DNA of 64,000 nucleotides from Armatimonadota bacterium (GTDB taxonomy: Bacteria; Armatimonadota; SYMT01): positions 1 through 64,000 of the forward strand of contig JAWLHY010000006.1 of NCBI GenBank assembly GCA_041690135.1, read 5' to 3'. The notes under the pieces are model-generated. The model made no database searches. It was not told the DNA's origin and was given only the letters and a program-made list of their open reading frames with translations. Every line of letters starts with the position of its first letter. Position 1 is the first letter of the stretch. Both the position numbers and the translations under genes were made by a program. Of this stretch, positions 50,824-61,743 are shown piece after piece.

Positions 50824-52272
50824 ATGTCACGCCGCTCGGGTCTCCCGCACGCACACCAGCACGCCTTCGGCTCGTTCAATCCCCTCACGGAGGATGGGCT
50901 CGTCTTCCGCACCCGCCGCAACATGCTCAAGGCGGGGCTGGCGGGAATGGCGGGCCTTACCGTTCCCGACCTCCTCCGCACCCGGGCCGCGGCAGCCCAG
51001 GCCGGCCGGTCCATGGGCGGCAACAAGAGCGTTATTCTCCTGTGGATGACCGGCGGGCCGAGCCACATCGATACCTGGGACCCCAAGCCGGATCGCCCGG
51101 TGGAGAACCGCGGACCCTTCGGCACGATCGACACCCGCCTGCCCGGGGTCCGCATCTGCGAGCATCTGCCGAAGATGGCGGGGATGCTCGACCGGTTCAC
51201 GCTGATCCGCTCCCTGGACTGCAGCACCAGCAACCACGAGCCGAACATCGTTTTTCAAACCGGCAACCTGGCCGCGGCGCCGCGGGTCAACCCAAACGGG
51301 CGCAAGTTTCCGGCCATCGCCTCGATCTGCTCCAAAGTGCGGGGCGCGAACGTGCCCGGAATGCCTCCCTACGTCGCCTTCCGGCGTTCGGATTCGCACC
51401 TGGCTTTCGGCGGCTATCTGGGCAAGCAATACGACCCCTTCATCGGGAACGATGCCGCGGTCCTGCCGGTTTACGACCTGGTGGGGAACGACACGGGCAA
51501 GGTTGCCGGTGGGAGCCTCCTGCAGTTCCCCTCCGGACTCTCCGCCCAGCGGGTGCAGCGGCGCCACTCGCTCCGGAAGGACGTTGACCGCCTTCGGCAG
51601 GCAATCGACCAGGATGCGGCCATGGAGAACCTGGACGCCATCGAGCAGCGGGCGGTAGACCTGGTGCTGGGAGGGCGTGCGCGGGATGCCTTCGATCTCA
51701 CTCGCGAGCCGCAAAAGGTCCGCGACCGCTACGGAAAGCACCTCTGGTGCCAGCAGGCCCTCCTGGCGCGTCGCCTGGTAGAGTCCGGCGTGAGTTACGT
51801 GACGATCGACCTGAGCTACCACACCGCATCGGGAACCTGGGACAACCACGGGGACGACATTCCGCCCTATGGCGGCATTACCTCCGGCCTCAAGCCGCTG
51901 CTGCCGTTGTTCGACCACCTGGTCACCACGCTGGTCGAGGACCTGGCGGAGCGCGGTCTCCTCGACGACACCCTCGTCCTCTGTATGGGCGAGTTCGGGC
52001 GCACCCCGACCATGACCAAGGCCGACGGCCGAAACCACTGGACCGCCATCGGGGCCATGGCCATGGCCGGAGGCGGGCTGCGTCACGGTCAGGTGATCGG
52101 CGCTTCCGAGGCGGATGGCGGGCACATCGCGGAACGGCCGGTGACCGCCGGCGACCTGGCGGCCACCATCTACCGGCATATGGAAGTCCCGCTCACCGCC
52201 ACCTACGACGACCACACCGGTCGCCCCCTCCCCATCGTCGAGCACGGCGAACCGATCCGCGAGCTGTTCTAA
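50824..52272 (+). CDS. DUF1501 domain protein
   Basis: TRRNML; GGPSHIDTWDPKP; LLARRLVESGV; GEFGRTP. Confidence 0.92.
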   Translation: MSRRSGLPHAHQHAFGSFNPLTEDGLVFRTRRNMLKAGLAGMAGLTVPDLLRTRAAAAQAGRSMGGNKSVILLWMTGGPSHIDTWDPKPDRPVENRGPFGTIDTRLPGVRICEHLPKMAGMLDRFTLIRSLDCSTSNHEPNIVFQTGNLAAAPRVNPNGRKFPAIASICSKVRGANVPGMPPYVAFRRSDSHLAFGGYLGKQYDPFIGNDAAVLPVYDLVGNDTGKVAGGSLLQFPSGLSAQRVQRRHSLRKDVDRLRQAIDQDAAMENLDAIEQRAVDLVLGGRARDAFDLTREPQKVRDRYGKHLWCQQALLARRLVESGVSYVTIDLSYHTASGTWDNHGDDIPPYGGITSGLKPLLPLFDHLVTTLVEDLAERGLLDDTLVLCMGEFGRTPTMTKADGRNHWTAIGAMAMAGGGLRHGQVIGASEADGGHIAERPVTAGDLAATIYRHMEVPLTATYDDHTGRPLPIVEHGEPIRELF

Positions 52273-52655
52273 AGGGTGGGGGGAAGTATCTGAACAGGTA
52301 TTGACCGCTCGGCACGATCCTGTTTCTTCACCCAGGTCGGCGAGCCTCGCCGGAGTGGCGGCGCCGGGTACCCACCGGGTACCCACGCAGTGGGTGGGGT
52401 GTCGGCCCCCCTCTGGGAAACCGTACCTGCTCAGTTACTCGCCCCAGCCCCTGAGCTGGCTCCAATCCGGTCACCACGCTGGGCCCATTCCCGTAACGGC
52501 TGCACTCCCTACCGATCACACCCCGGTAGCGGGTATCCTGAACGGGATTGGGCGCGACGGGCAGGAATTGTCGGAAAACCCCAACGCGAGAATCATTGCT
52601 TGCGACCGTCCATGACTCGTGTATTCTGGAGTCCGGCGATGGAGGCGTAGGGAGA

Positions 52656-54008
52656 ATGCTCGTGCGAAAAGTGGTCAGCAGTGGCAGGTCGGGGGCGAGT
52701 CGGGCGAAGCGGCTGGGGGCGTGGGTCCTCGCGGGGCTACTGGTACCGGCCATCACCGTGGCCGTCGCGCTCCCGTTCGACGACATCGACGATGAGCCAA
52801 TTCGCTACAGTTCCAGCCGACCCGATAATGCCGTTTCCCGCTTGCAGGGGCAAATGGATCGAGGAGAGGTGAAGCTCAAGCGCGATCCCGTCGCCGGCTA
52901 CCTGCCCGCCGTACTGAAGGCGCTGAATGTCCCCGTCTCTTCGCAGACCCTGGTCTGGTCCAAGACCAGCCTCCAGCGCGACTGGATCTCCCCCCGCAAC
53001 CCCCGGGCCCTCTACTTCAACGACGAGGTCTACGTCGGATGGGTGAACGGTGGGCGCGTGCTGGAAATCTCGGCGGTCGATCCGCAATTGGGGGCTGTGT
53101 TCTACGCCGTCAACCAGGATGCCGCTACGCCGGCAAAGTTCGTCCGCCAGACCCATGAGTGCCTGCAGTGCCACGGCTCCACCCTCTCGGCCGGCGTGCC
53201 CGGACACATCATGCGCTCCGTCTTCGCGGATGCCACGGGGCAGCCGATCCTCAACGCCGGCACCTTCCTGACCACTGACCAGAGCCCGTTGGAAGAACGT
53301 TGGGGCGGCTGGTATGTCACGGGGACGCACGGGGCGCAGCGGCACATGGGCAACCTGATCACCCACAGCGCCACCCAGGCCGCCAACGCCAACCTGGCAG
53401 CGGGAGCCAACGTCACCAGTCTCGCGAAGCGCTTCGACACTTCCGCCTACCTCACCGGGCACAGCGACATCGTGGCGCTGATGGTGATGGAACACCAGGC
53501 CCACCTCCACAACCTGATCACCCGCGCTCACCACGAGACGCGACGTGCCCTCCACTTCGAGCAACTCCTGAACCGCGACCTGGGCCGGCCGGCCACGTTC
53601 CGCTCCGATAGCACCACCAGCCGGATCAAGAGTGTGTGCGAGCCGCTGGTGAGGGCCCTGCTGTTCGTGAAGGAAGCCCCCCTCACGTTCCAGATCGAGG
53701 GAACGTCCGGGTTCCGGACGGAATTCGAGAAGGGGGGCCCGCGCGACAAGCAGGGCCGCTCACTCCGGCAACTGGACCTCCGACAACGCCTGCAGCGCTA
53801 TCCCTGCAGCTTCCTGATCCATTCGGACGCCTTCGACGCGCTAGCCCCGGAAGCAAAGCAGTACGTCTACCGGCGCCTGTGGGAGATCCTCGACGGGCGT
53901 GATACCTCGCCGGACTTCTCTCACCTGAGCACTGCAGATCGCAGTGCCGTCCGCGAGATCCTGCTGGAGACGAAGACGGACTTCATTAACTTCCGCCTGT
54001 CGCGCTAA
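52656..54008 (+). CDS. Secreted c-type heme (CxxCH) protein, planctomycete-like
   Basis: Signal/TM segment; SQTLVWSKTSLQ, PRALYFND, ECLQCH, RWGGWYVTG. Confidence 0.8.
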   Translation: MLVRKVVSSGRSGASRAKRLGAWVLAGLLVPAITVAVALPFDDIDDEPIRYSSSRPDNAVSRLQGQMDRGEVKLKRDPVAGYLPAVLKALNVPVSSQTLVWSKTSLQRDWISPRNPRALYFNDEVYVGWVNGGRVLEISAVDPQLGAVFYAVNQDAATPAKFVRQTHECLQCHGSTLSAGVPGHIMRSVFADATGQPILNAGTFLTTDQSPLEERWGGWYVTGTHGAQRHMGNLITHSATQAANANLAAGANVTSLAKRFDTSAYLTGHSDIVALMVMEHQAHLHNLITRAHHETRRALHFEQLLNRDLGRPATFRSDSTTSRIKSVCEPLVRALLFVKEAPLTFQIEGTSGFRTEFEKGGPRDKQGRSLRQLDLRQRLQRYPCSFLIHSDAFDALAPEAKQYVYRRLWEILDGRDTSPDFSHLSTADRSAVREILLETKTDFINFRLSR

Positions 54009-54340
54009 ATGCCGTGCAGGATTCGCAGAGCCGGGGTAGAATTCCTCAACCAAGCCCCAACAAATGCTGTTCCTGTAGGCCGGACGCTCCGGATCACGGG
54101 ACGGCCTTTCGGGAACGGAGCGACGGCGAGGCGAGCTCCGCGCGCGGTCCTTGAGCCGTTTCTCATGGGGTGCGAATCAAGTCACCCAACGTGACGCCAG
54201 CCCCGGCGGCATCTCCGGAGTATCTCCGAAGATGCAGGTTCCGGGTCCACGCAATAGGGGAACGAGCGACCGGCCATCCTGGGCCGGCGCATATCCGTTT
54301 GCCGCTTCCTGAACCGCCCTTCAGGGCAGGAGGAAACCGT

Positions 54341-55075
54341 ATGCGTCGACGTGGGTTCACCTTGATCGAGCTGCTTGTTGTTATTGCTATCATCGCTATT
54401 CTGGCAGCGATTCTCTTCCCGGTGTTCGCGCGAGCACGCGAAACCGCTCGGGCTGCCAGTTGCAAGAGCAACCTCAAACAAATTGCGATGGCCGTCATGA
54501 TGTACACGCAGGATTACGATGAGTGTTTCCCGGCCCGCACCAGCACCAGTGGTAGCGCGGGCGCCCCCGGAGATGTCCGCCCGGACGTCCTGGGACGCGC
54601 CAACGTTGATATGCCGGCCATCTTCAGCAACTGGCCGGTCTTCTTCGCGCCGTACATCAAGAACGGGCCGGTGTTCCTCTGCCCCAGCGGCGTGAAGCCG
54701 GCTGCCACCTTGCCCAATCCGGCAACGCCGGGCCAGGCAGCGATCATCCGCAACTACGCCTACAACTTCGACCTCCTGGCTCCCAGCCCGCTGATTGCAG
54801 TTAGTCTGGCCCAACTGCAACAGCCCGCGGGAACCATCCTGGCACTGGATGCACGCAACAGCTTCTGTATTTCCTCGACCAATAACATGGCCAATCTCCA
54901 GGGCAATCCCTGCCTGGGCCTACAGCATGCCACGAACGAACGGGCGGACCGGCACAACGACACGGCGAATGTCGCGTTCTGCGACGGTCACGTCAAGGCA
55001 GTCAAGCGGAACTTCCTGACCACGGTTAATCAGACTTCGGACCGTCTCCCCTGGGGGTTCACGATCGCGCCATGA
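54341..55075 (+). CDS. Prepilin-type N-terminal cleavage / DUF1559 / H-X9-DG protein
   Basis: [32 protein letters not shown]; [16 protein letters not shown]; AGGAGG RBS. Confidence 0.93.
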   Translation: MRRRGFTLIELLVVIAIIAILAAILFPVFARARETARAASCKSNLKQIAMAVMMYTQDYDECFPARTSTSGSAGAPGDVRPDVLGRANVDMPAIFSNWPVFFAPYIKNGPVFLCPSGVKPAATLPNPATPGQAAIIRNYAYNFDLLAPSPLIAVSLAQLQQPAGTILALDARNSFCISSTNNMANLQGNPCLGLQHATNERADRHNDTANVAFCDGHVKAVKRNFLTTVNQTSDRLPWGFTIAP

Positions 55076-55163
55076 CGGGCCGCGGCGGATGGGCCGAAGG
55101 GCTGCGTGAAAGGTCAACGTGCAGCTAACCAGGCCGATTCACGGATAACGACTGGAGGATACG

Positions 55164-55400
55164 GTGGACACACAATCCCTACCGAAATGGCTGGCATTTA
55201 CCATCATCGGCGCCGTGGCGGTCCTGCTCTTCGGGGCGGCCTTCTTCATCGGGGGCAGCCGCGAGGCCAAGCCCCTTTCGGCGGCCGAGATCGTCGAAAC
55301 TCAGCAGGCGGAGAAGCCGGGGGAAGCACCCTCCGGCGACGCTGCCGACGCACAAAACGCCGCCGCGGAACCGGCGGCCGCGGTCCCAGGGGATCCGTGA
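55164..55400 (+). CDS. Small single-TM protein
   Basis: GGAGG RBS; N-terminal TM; typical partner of prepilin-like genes. Confidence 0.7.
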   Translation: MDTQSLPKWLAFTIIGAVAVLLFGAAFFIGGSREAKPLSAAEIVETQQAEKPGEAPSGDAADAQNAAAEPAAAVPGDP

Positions 55401-55807
55401 GTCCAGGCGGTCTCACACCGCTAGTCCCCACCCTGGATCCCGGACAGAAGCAGAGGGGGAGGCCGCAGGTACGGACCTGCACGCCTCCCCCGCCTCGCCT
55501 TCCGGCACGTGAGTTGGTGGGTCACCCGGCGCCCGGGTTGGTCTTGTCCGCGCCTACTCTGTTTCAGGCCAGGACTGGCGCCCGGCTAGCGGTAGAGGTC
55601 CTGTCTTTGCACCAGGAGATGTAGGACAGGCTCTCCAATGTCTGCCTGGTCTTGAGTTCGTACCTGTCTTGCCGTGTCGGGCGCCGCTCACCCCGAATAC
55701 GCGAGTCCGCAAGGCAAGACCTACCAGCAGCAGCCACCGTTAGCCCGCGCCGATCAGCATGGAATCGGCAGTGGGCTGGGCTCGGAGCTCACAGCAGCTA
55801 CGGTTTT

Positions 55808-56164
55808 GCTAAGTGGTGCATCCGGCAAGTGGAGGTCAGTTTTCCATAGGTGGCATCGCAGTCACCACGCAAGCTACCGGGCCAATGACGTGCCCTCGGT
55901 GGCCCGGACAGTAGGGAATGTGACGCCGTTCCATTCCGCCGTCGGGGACGCTGATCCCGTTGCGCCAAACCGAACCGGACCGGCGCCGGTGCTGCCACGC
56001 ATTGGCAGAACGGGTTCAGCCCCAGGACGGCGGAACGCTGCGGCGAGACGTTCCCTACCGGTGCCGCTGTCAATGGCTCGCCCGGACGGGACCCGACCCG
56101 CTCCGCCGGACGTGTTCCGGCGCCAGGAAAATCTTACTGGCACTTACCGGATGCACCACTTAGC
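55808..56164. repeat. 357-bp segment bounded by 24-bp inverted repeats (1 mismatch)
   Basis: gctaagtggtgcatccggcaagtg (55808) / cacttaccggatgcaccacttagc (56141). Confidence 0.85.
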
Positions 56165-56380
56165 GCCCATCTCGTTCAGGGAAGGGCAACCAGAGCCGAT
56201 GCCCCTACAGAACCGACTGCCATACGCCTTCCCACCTTGCCCCGCGCCCCTCCCCCTCCCCTCTTCCCCCTCGCACCTCTCACCTCTCACTTCGCCCCGC
56301 TCCTCGACCCACGGTATACTTGTAGGGTCAGCAACTCAAACCCACCCGATCGCCCATGGCCGGGTTAAGGAAAACTCCCG

Positions 56381-57895
56381 ATGACTCGTAAGCAGATTCT
56401 CCTCGCCGCGGCAGCCCTGGGGCTCTGCGGGGCCGGGCTGCGCGCCGGTTCCGCGGGTCCGGCTCTTGTGGATGCTCCGTCGCCCCGCCGAGAGTTCCGC
56501 GGCGTCTGGGTGGCCACCGTCGATAACATCGACTGGCCGTCCAAGCGCGGGCTCCCGGTAGACCAGCAGAAGCAAGAACTGATCACGATCCTGGATCGAG
56601 CCGCCGAACTCCGGCTCAACGCCATCGTGCTGCAGGTGCGGCCGGCGTGCGACGCGCTCTACCGATCCGACCTGGAACCCTGGTCCGAGTACCTCACCGG
56701 GAAGATGGGGCAACCACCCGTCCCGTTCTACGACCCGCTGGAGTTCGCCGTGGCGGAAGCGCACGCGCGCGGCCTGGAACTGCATGCGTGGATCAATCCC
56801 TACCGGGCACACCATCCTTCCGCTAAATCCGAGATTTCCGATAACCACCTGAGCAAGAAACGTCCCGAACTGGTACGGCAGTATGGGAAGCATCTCTGGC
56901 TCGATCCGGGCGATCCCCAGGTGCAAAAACATTCGCTGGATGTCGTTCGCGACCTCGTGGCGCGCTACGACCTCGACGGCATCCATATGGACGACTACTT
57001 CTATCCGTACAAGGAAAAGGATGCCGTCGGCACGACGATCCCCTTCCCGGATGACCCGAGCTGGCAGAAGTATGTGGACGCAGGCGGTACGCTCAGCCGG
57101 GACGACTGGCGCCGGGAGAATGTGAACTCGTTCGTTAAGCGCATGCACGACGTGGTCAAGGCGGAGAAGAAGTGGGTAAAAGTGGGCATCAGCCCGTTCG
57201 GCATCTGGCGGCCGGGTCACCCGCCGCAGATCCAGGGCTTCGACCAGTACTCCGAGTTGTATGCCGATGCCCGCAAATGGCTTGTGGAGGGATGGGTCGA
57301 CTACTGGACCCCGCAGCTTTACTGGCCCATAGCCCAGAAGGCCCAAAGTTATCCGGTATTGCTGAAGTGGTGGGTCGAGCAGAACCCCCACGGTCGCCAC
57401 GTCTGGCCCGGCAATTATACGGGGCGCGTGGGTGACGGCTCCGCGCGCGCCTTCCCAGTGGAAGAGGTCAGCAATCAGATCCAGGCTACCCGGGACCAGG
57501 CCGGCGCCACGGGCAACGTCCACTTCAGCATGAAGGTGTTCATGCAGAACCGGCAGGGCTTGAACGATACCCTTCGGAGCGGGGTGTACGCCGAGCCGGC
57601 CCTGGTTCCGGCTTCACCGTGGCTGGATGGAAAAGCCCCGGACGCGCCGAAACTGCGCCGGAAGAAGACGGCAACCGGCGATACGGAAGTGGTGTGGTCG
57701 AACGGTGGCCGCGAAAAGGCGTGGCTCTGGGTTGCGCGGTTCAAGTCCGGGCAGGCGTGGACCACCCAGGTGTTTCCGGCGGCTACTACCTCGCGCGCGC
57801 TGGCTTCCCTCCCGGCGGGCACAGAAGCCGTGGCCCTTTCCGCCGTGGACCGCTGCGGCAATGAGAGCCCCCTGGCGACTTTGAGCCTGAAGTAG
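56381..57895 (+). CDS. Glycosyl hydrolase-like 10 (YddW/DigH family) secreted protein
   Basis: REFRGVWVATVDNIDWPS, QVRP..DALY, HAWINPYRA, DGIHMDDYFYPY. Confidence 0.92.
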   Translation: MTRKQILLAAAALGLCGAGLRAGSAGPALVDAPSPRREFRGVWVATVDNIDWPSKRGLPVDQQKQELITILDRAAELRLNAIVLQVRPACDALYRSDLEPWSEYLTGKMGQPPVPFYDPLEFAVAEAHARGLELHAWINPYRAHHPSAKSEISDNHLSKKRPELVRQYGKHLWLDPGDPQVQKHSLDVVRDLVARYDLDGIHMDDYFYPYKEKDAVGTTIPFPDDPSWQKYVDAGGTLSRDDWRRENVNSFVKRMHDVVKAEKKWVKVGISPFGIWRPGHPPQIQGFDQYSELYADARKWLVEGWVDYWTPQLYWPIAQKAQSYPVLLKWWVEQNPHGRHVWPGNYTGRVGDGSARAFPVEEVSNQIQATRDQAGATGNVHFSMKVFMQNRQGLNDTLRSGVYAEPALVPASPWLDGKAPDAPKLRRKKTATGDTEVVWSNGGREKAWLWVARFKSGQAWTTQVFPAATTSRALASLPAGTEAVALSAVDRCGNESPLATLSLK

Positions 57896-58252
57896 CCGCG
57901 AGAGCAAATCGTGGATCCGAAATAGCGGTCGGGCTGCCTGAGGCAGTCCGACCGCTATCAATTGGACAATTGCCACCCGCGCTCTGAAGGTCGTGCCGCA
58001 CGGTGCCGCGGCACGACCGGCTCCCGGTGAACGGGATGAGTTCTGTCGTTGCACCGGTAGATGTAGTTTACGCCCCGCGGGGGTGGCGGGATCTCCGTCC
58101 CCGCCGGGCTTGTGGGCTTGCACTCGTCTGCCGGGTGCGACTCCATCCCCGCCTGGCTCTGGGCTCGCACCCGTCCTGCCGTGTGAACTTCCGCTCACCT
58201 CGGCGTACGCGAACCGACACCCCTCTTGGCTCTTCCGGACGCCGCAGTGACT

Positions 58253-58642
58253 TCAGGCCCCTGCCTGGTAATAGCGTCCGACCGTCTCCAGAAGTTGGCT
58301 GATATCGATCGGCTTGTGGAGGTGACCCGCCACCCGCAGGGTGGCCGCGGCCGCATCCACGTTGGCATCTCCCGAGATGACCACAACGGGAATTCCCGAA
58401 AGTGTTGGGTCGCGCTGCTGTTGCGCGCGGAACTCCCATCCGCTCATCACGGGCATCATCAGGTCCAGCAGGATGAGACGGGGCGTGAGACCGGCCTGCA
58501 GGTACTCCAGGGCCTGCCGTCCGTTGAAGGCACCAACAACCTGGTAACCTTCATCGAACAGAATCTCTCCCAGAGTCTCCTGGATGGCATCATCGTCTTC
58601 GACGATCAGAATGACATTCCGCCCTTGCTGCGCCGAAACCAT
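58253..58642 (-). CDS. Single-domain response regulator
   Basis: ILIVEDD..ILLDLMMPVMSG..KPID. Confidence 0.9.
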   Translation of the reverse strand: MVSAQQGRNVILIVEDDDAIQETLGEILFDEGYQVVGAFNGRQALEYLQAGLTPRLILLDLMMPVMSGWEFRAQQQRDPTLSGIPVVVISGDANVDAAAATLRVAGHLHKPIDISQLLETVGRYYQAGA

Positions 58643-58742
58643 ACTTCTCCCAGGCCCCCTTCCGATGCGGAAGGACCGCCGCAATCCAATTTATTATCGG
58701 CTTTCGGCTCGCAGAAGAAAACACCCACCTCTCGCCTGCTGG

Positions 58743-61196
58743 TTACTCCGCCGGCGGCAGGATGATCGTGAAGGTAGCCCCCTCCCCCACTTCGGATTCC
58801 AATTCGATCGCTCCGCCAAGGGCGTGAACCATCTCCCGGACCAGGGCGAGCCCCAGGCCCACTCCGGGGGTATGCTTCTGGTGGACCGGTTCCAGGTGGG
58901 CGAACGGCTCAAAGATGAGGGCTTGCGCCTCGCGGGGGATCCCCGGACCGGTGTCCCGGACCCGGATTCGATGCAACTGGTCCTCACAAGACAGGACAAC
59001 CTCCACGAACCCGCGGTCGGTGAACTTGATCGCATTGCCGAGGAGGTTGACCAGGATCAGGCGGATCAGGCGGATATCGCTGTTGAGGGGCGGCAGGTGG
59101 GGATCGGGAACATAGCGAATATCGATCCCGCGGCGGGAAGCCTGCGGCTCCAACTCCGACACCACCTCGGCGGCCACCGCGTTGAGATCGGTCGGCTCGA
59201 TCCGCAGGTTCAAGCGACCACTTTCGATACGGGCGTACTCCAGCAGCGACTCGATCAGGTCGAGAAGGCGCCGGGCCGAGCCGCCGATCTTTCCCACGAT
59301 GTCGCGCTGTTTGGGCGTAAGAGTCTGCTCCTGGTCGCGCTCCAGGCGCTGCAATTGCAACTGCAACACCGTTAACGGGGTTCGCAGTTCGTGCGACACC
59401 AGCCGGAGGAAGTTGCTCTTGACCTGGCTGGATTTCTCGGCGTAATCCAGCGCCACCCGCATCGAGTCGAGCGTGGCCTGAAGTTCCTGCTTGCGGGAGG
59501 TGACCTCACCCGCCAGAGCTTCCAGGTCGTGGACCTGGCTGGAGAGTTCGCGCTGCAGCAGGTCACGAGCCCGCTTCGCGACGATGAGGTTGTCGACCCG
59601 GGCGCGCAGTTCTTCGGCCGCGAAGGGCTTCATCACATAATCCTGCGCGCCCTCCCGCAGCATCCGCACGCGCAGTTCATCGTCCGCCTTGGCCGTGAGG
59701 AGCACGATCGGTACCTGCTCCAGGTGAGGATTGGCGCGGACCGCCGCCACCAGTTGGTCGCCGCTCATGCCCGGCATCATGACATCGCTCAGGATCAGGT
59801 CTGGCTTGATCTTGCGCGCCGCCTCGAGACCTTCTAACCCATCAAACGCGGTGCTTACCGTATAAGTATCCCCCAGCGTGTCGGCCACGAAGCGGTTCAT
59901 GTCGGGGTTGTCTTCCACCACCAGGACCGTCGCCCGGCCGTTGCGCTCGTAGACCGTCGCGCCTTCCACCTGCCACCGGAGTTCCGCCAGGGCCTGCCGG
60001 GCTGCCTCTCCACCGGCCCCGGGAGAAGACGCCGGACGGACGGCAGCACCGGCCGGCGCGGTGAGGGGAAGACTGATGGTGAATTGTGCCCCGCCCTCCG
60101 GCGCGTCCCCTACGGATATGGAACCTCCATGGAGTTTCACGAAGTCCTGGGTGATGGCGAGCCCCAGACCAGTCCCTCCGTGCTTGCGGGTGGCCCCGCC
60201 GTCCACCTGCCGGAACCGCTCGAAGATCGCCTGCCGGTGCTCCGGAGGCACTCCGGGCCCGCTGTCGGCGACCTGCAGCCGTGCTTGGCCGGTGTCCAAC
60301 TCCAGCCGACACCGGATGGTACCCCCAGAGGGAGTGAATTTGAACGCGTTCGAGAGCAGGTTCAGAACCATCCGCTCCGTCTTCTCGGCATCGACCTGGG
60401 CCATCAGGGTCTCGGGCGCCTCCACCCGATAGTCGAGCCCGCGCTCGGCCGCCAGCACGTCGAAGTGGGCGGCGGCGAGGCGTACCAGGGCCGCCATGTC
60501 GGTTTCCGCGTAGTCCAGGTCCATGCGGCCCGCTTCCATCCGCGACACGTCAAGCAAGTCATTGACATGTTTCAACAGCGTACGCGCGTTGCGATCCACA
60601 ACCTCCAGGTCGCGCCGCTGCGCCGGAGTGAGATCGCCCGTTCCGAGGAGGCGCTCGGTGGGCCCCAGGATCAACGCCAGCGGGGTGCGTAATTCGTGGC
60701 TTACGTTGGCAAAGAACGCGGTCTTGAGTTCGTCGAACTCCTGAAGGCGAGCGTGCACTTCCGTGAGCTCCGTGTGTGCCTTCTCCAGTTCCCGCTTGTG
60801 CTGCTCCGACTCCCGGGCCGAACGGATCATTCCCAGAATAACGGGTATGAGCGGCGGAAGCGCGAGCGCCGTGATGACCGACGCAAAGGCGGTGATCGCC
60901 TTAACGACCCCGGAAAGCCAGTAGGTGGCCCTCCAGAGCGTCCAAATCTCCATAAAGTGGGTGGCGCCGCACGCCACGATGAAGAGGCCGAACGCCAGGA
61001 ACATCGAGTGGAAAGGGATGTCCTGGCGACCCCGGTACACCAGATAGACGAGCGCCGCCGAGATCCCTACGTAGGAGAGACCGATCAGGCCGTCCGACAC
61101 CACATGCAGCCAGATCAGCCCCGCCACTCCCAGGAAGCAGTGGACATGGGGCATGAACGGATCGGACGAGAACAGGACCCCCAAAAAATCGAGCAT
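58743..61196 (-). CDS. Hybrid kinase with ETR1-like TM sensor: HisKA-HATPase-REC-HisKA-HATPase
   Basis: SDGLIGLSY..FIVACGATH; two SHELRTPL H-boxes; central REC. Confidence 0.9.
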   Translation of the reverse strand: MLDFLGVLFSSDPFMPHVHCFLGVAGLIWLHVVSDGLIGLSYVGISAALVYLVYRGRQDIPFHSMFLAFGLFIVACGATHFMEIWTLWRATYWLSGVVKAITAFASVITALALPPLIPVILGMIRSARESEQHKRELEKAHTELTEVHARLQEFDELKTAFFANVSHELRTPLALILGPTERLLGTGDLTPAQRRDLEVVDRNARTLLKHVNDLLDVSRMEAGRMDLDYAETDMAALVRLAAAHFDVLAAERGLDYRVEAPETLMAQVDAEKTERMVLNLLSNAFKFTPSGGTIRCRLELDTGQARLQVADSGPGVPPEHRQAIFERFRQVDGGATRKHGGTGLGLAITQDFVKLHGGSISVGDAPEGGAQFTISLPLTAPAGAAVRPASSPGAGGEAARQALAELRWQVEGATVYERNGRATVLVVEDNPDMNRFVADTLGDTYTVSTAFDGLEGLEAARKIKPDLILSDVMMPGMSGDQLVAAVRANPHLEQVPIVLLTAKADDELRVRMLREGAQDYVMKPFAAEELRARVDNLIVAKRARDLLQRELSSQVHDLEALAGEVTSRKQELQATLDSMRVALDYAEKSSQVKSNFLRLVSHELRTPLTVLQLQLQRLERDQEQTLTPKQRDIVGKIGGSARRLLDLIESLLEYARIESGRLNLRIEPTDLNAVAAEVVSELEPQASRRGIDIRYVPDPHLPPLNSDIRLIRLILVNLLGNAIKFTDRGFVEVVLSCEDQLHRIRVRDTGPGIPREAQALIFEPFAHLEPVHQKHTPGVGLGLALVREMVHALGGAIELESEVGEGATFTIILPPAE

Positions 61197-61212
61197 AGCG
61201 CTTATCCCTCGT

Positions 61213-61629
61213 TCAGGCGCCGCCGCTCCGGGGGCGCGTGTCGCCCTCTTCCGGTTTCGCGGGCCGGAAGGTCCGGATGTAGTCGATCACCGCGGAAACC
61301 TCATCCGGGGCGAGGCGTTCTTTCCAGCCCGGCATCGCCTTTCGACCCTCTTCGATCACCCGGCGCAGCTCGTCCCGGGGAGTTTCTGCCGCATCAGTGA
61401 GATGGCTGGCGGGCGTCCCCCGAGCGCCGTCCGGTCCGTGACACCCCACGCAATAGACTGCATAGACTCGCGCCCCGGCCGGGCGGCCTTCCGGCGTACG
61501 GGTAGTAGGCGGCCGGCAACCCGTGCCCAACATCAGCAGAACTGCCCCGTAGCCCCAGAGGTGCCGCCAGGAAAATAGTCGCGTAGAAACCGGCAAACGC
61601 AGGGGCGACCAGGTAACCATCTCATCCAT
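61213..61629 (-). CDS. Class I cytochrome c, possible lipoprotein
   Basis: YAVYCVGCHG..GRKAMPGW; LGTGC lipobox-like; start uncertain. Confidence 0.85.
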   Translation of the reverse strand: MDEMVTWSPLRLPVSTRLFSWRHLWGYGAVLLMLGTGCRPPTTRTPEGRPAGARVYAVYCVGCHGPDGARGTPASHLTDAAETPRDELRRVIEEGRKAMPGWKERLAPDEVSAVIDYIRTFRPAKPEEGDTRPRSGGA

Positions 61630-61743
61630 TGCGGAATACGGGAACCAGGAAGGAATTCGTTACTCCACCTACACCGCCTGCCCACCAGGAATCCGTGGGC
61701 GCCGATGCCCAGAATATACCGCACATTTTGCGGTGCCGGGAGC

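Noticed and set aside
50827-52386. Long antisense ORFs (this one, 18673-20094, 39362-40531, 56336-57523)
   Set aside because: Shadow ORFs of high-GC genes on the opposite strand, with no motifs
54060-54330. Riboswitch upstream of the prepilin-like gene
   Set aside because: GC-rich hairpins are present, but I could not match any known aptamer consensus
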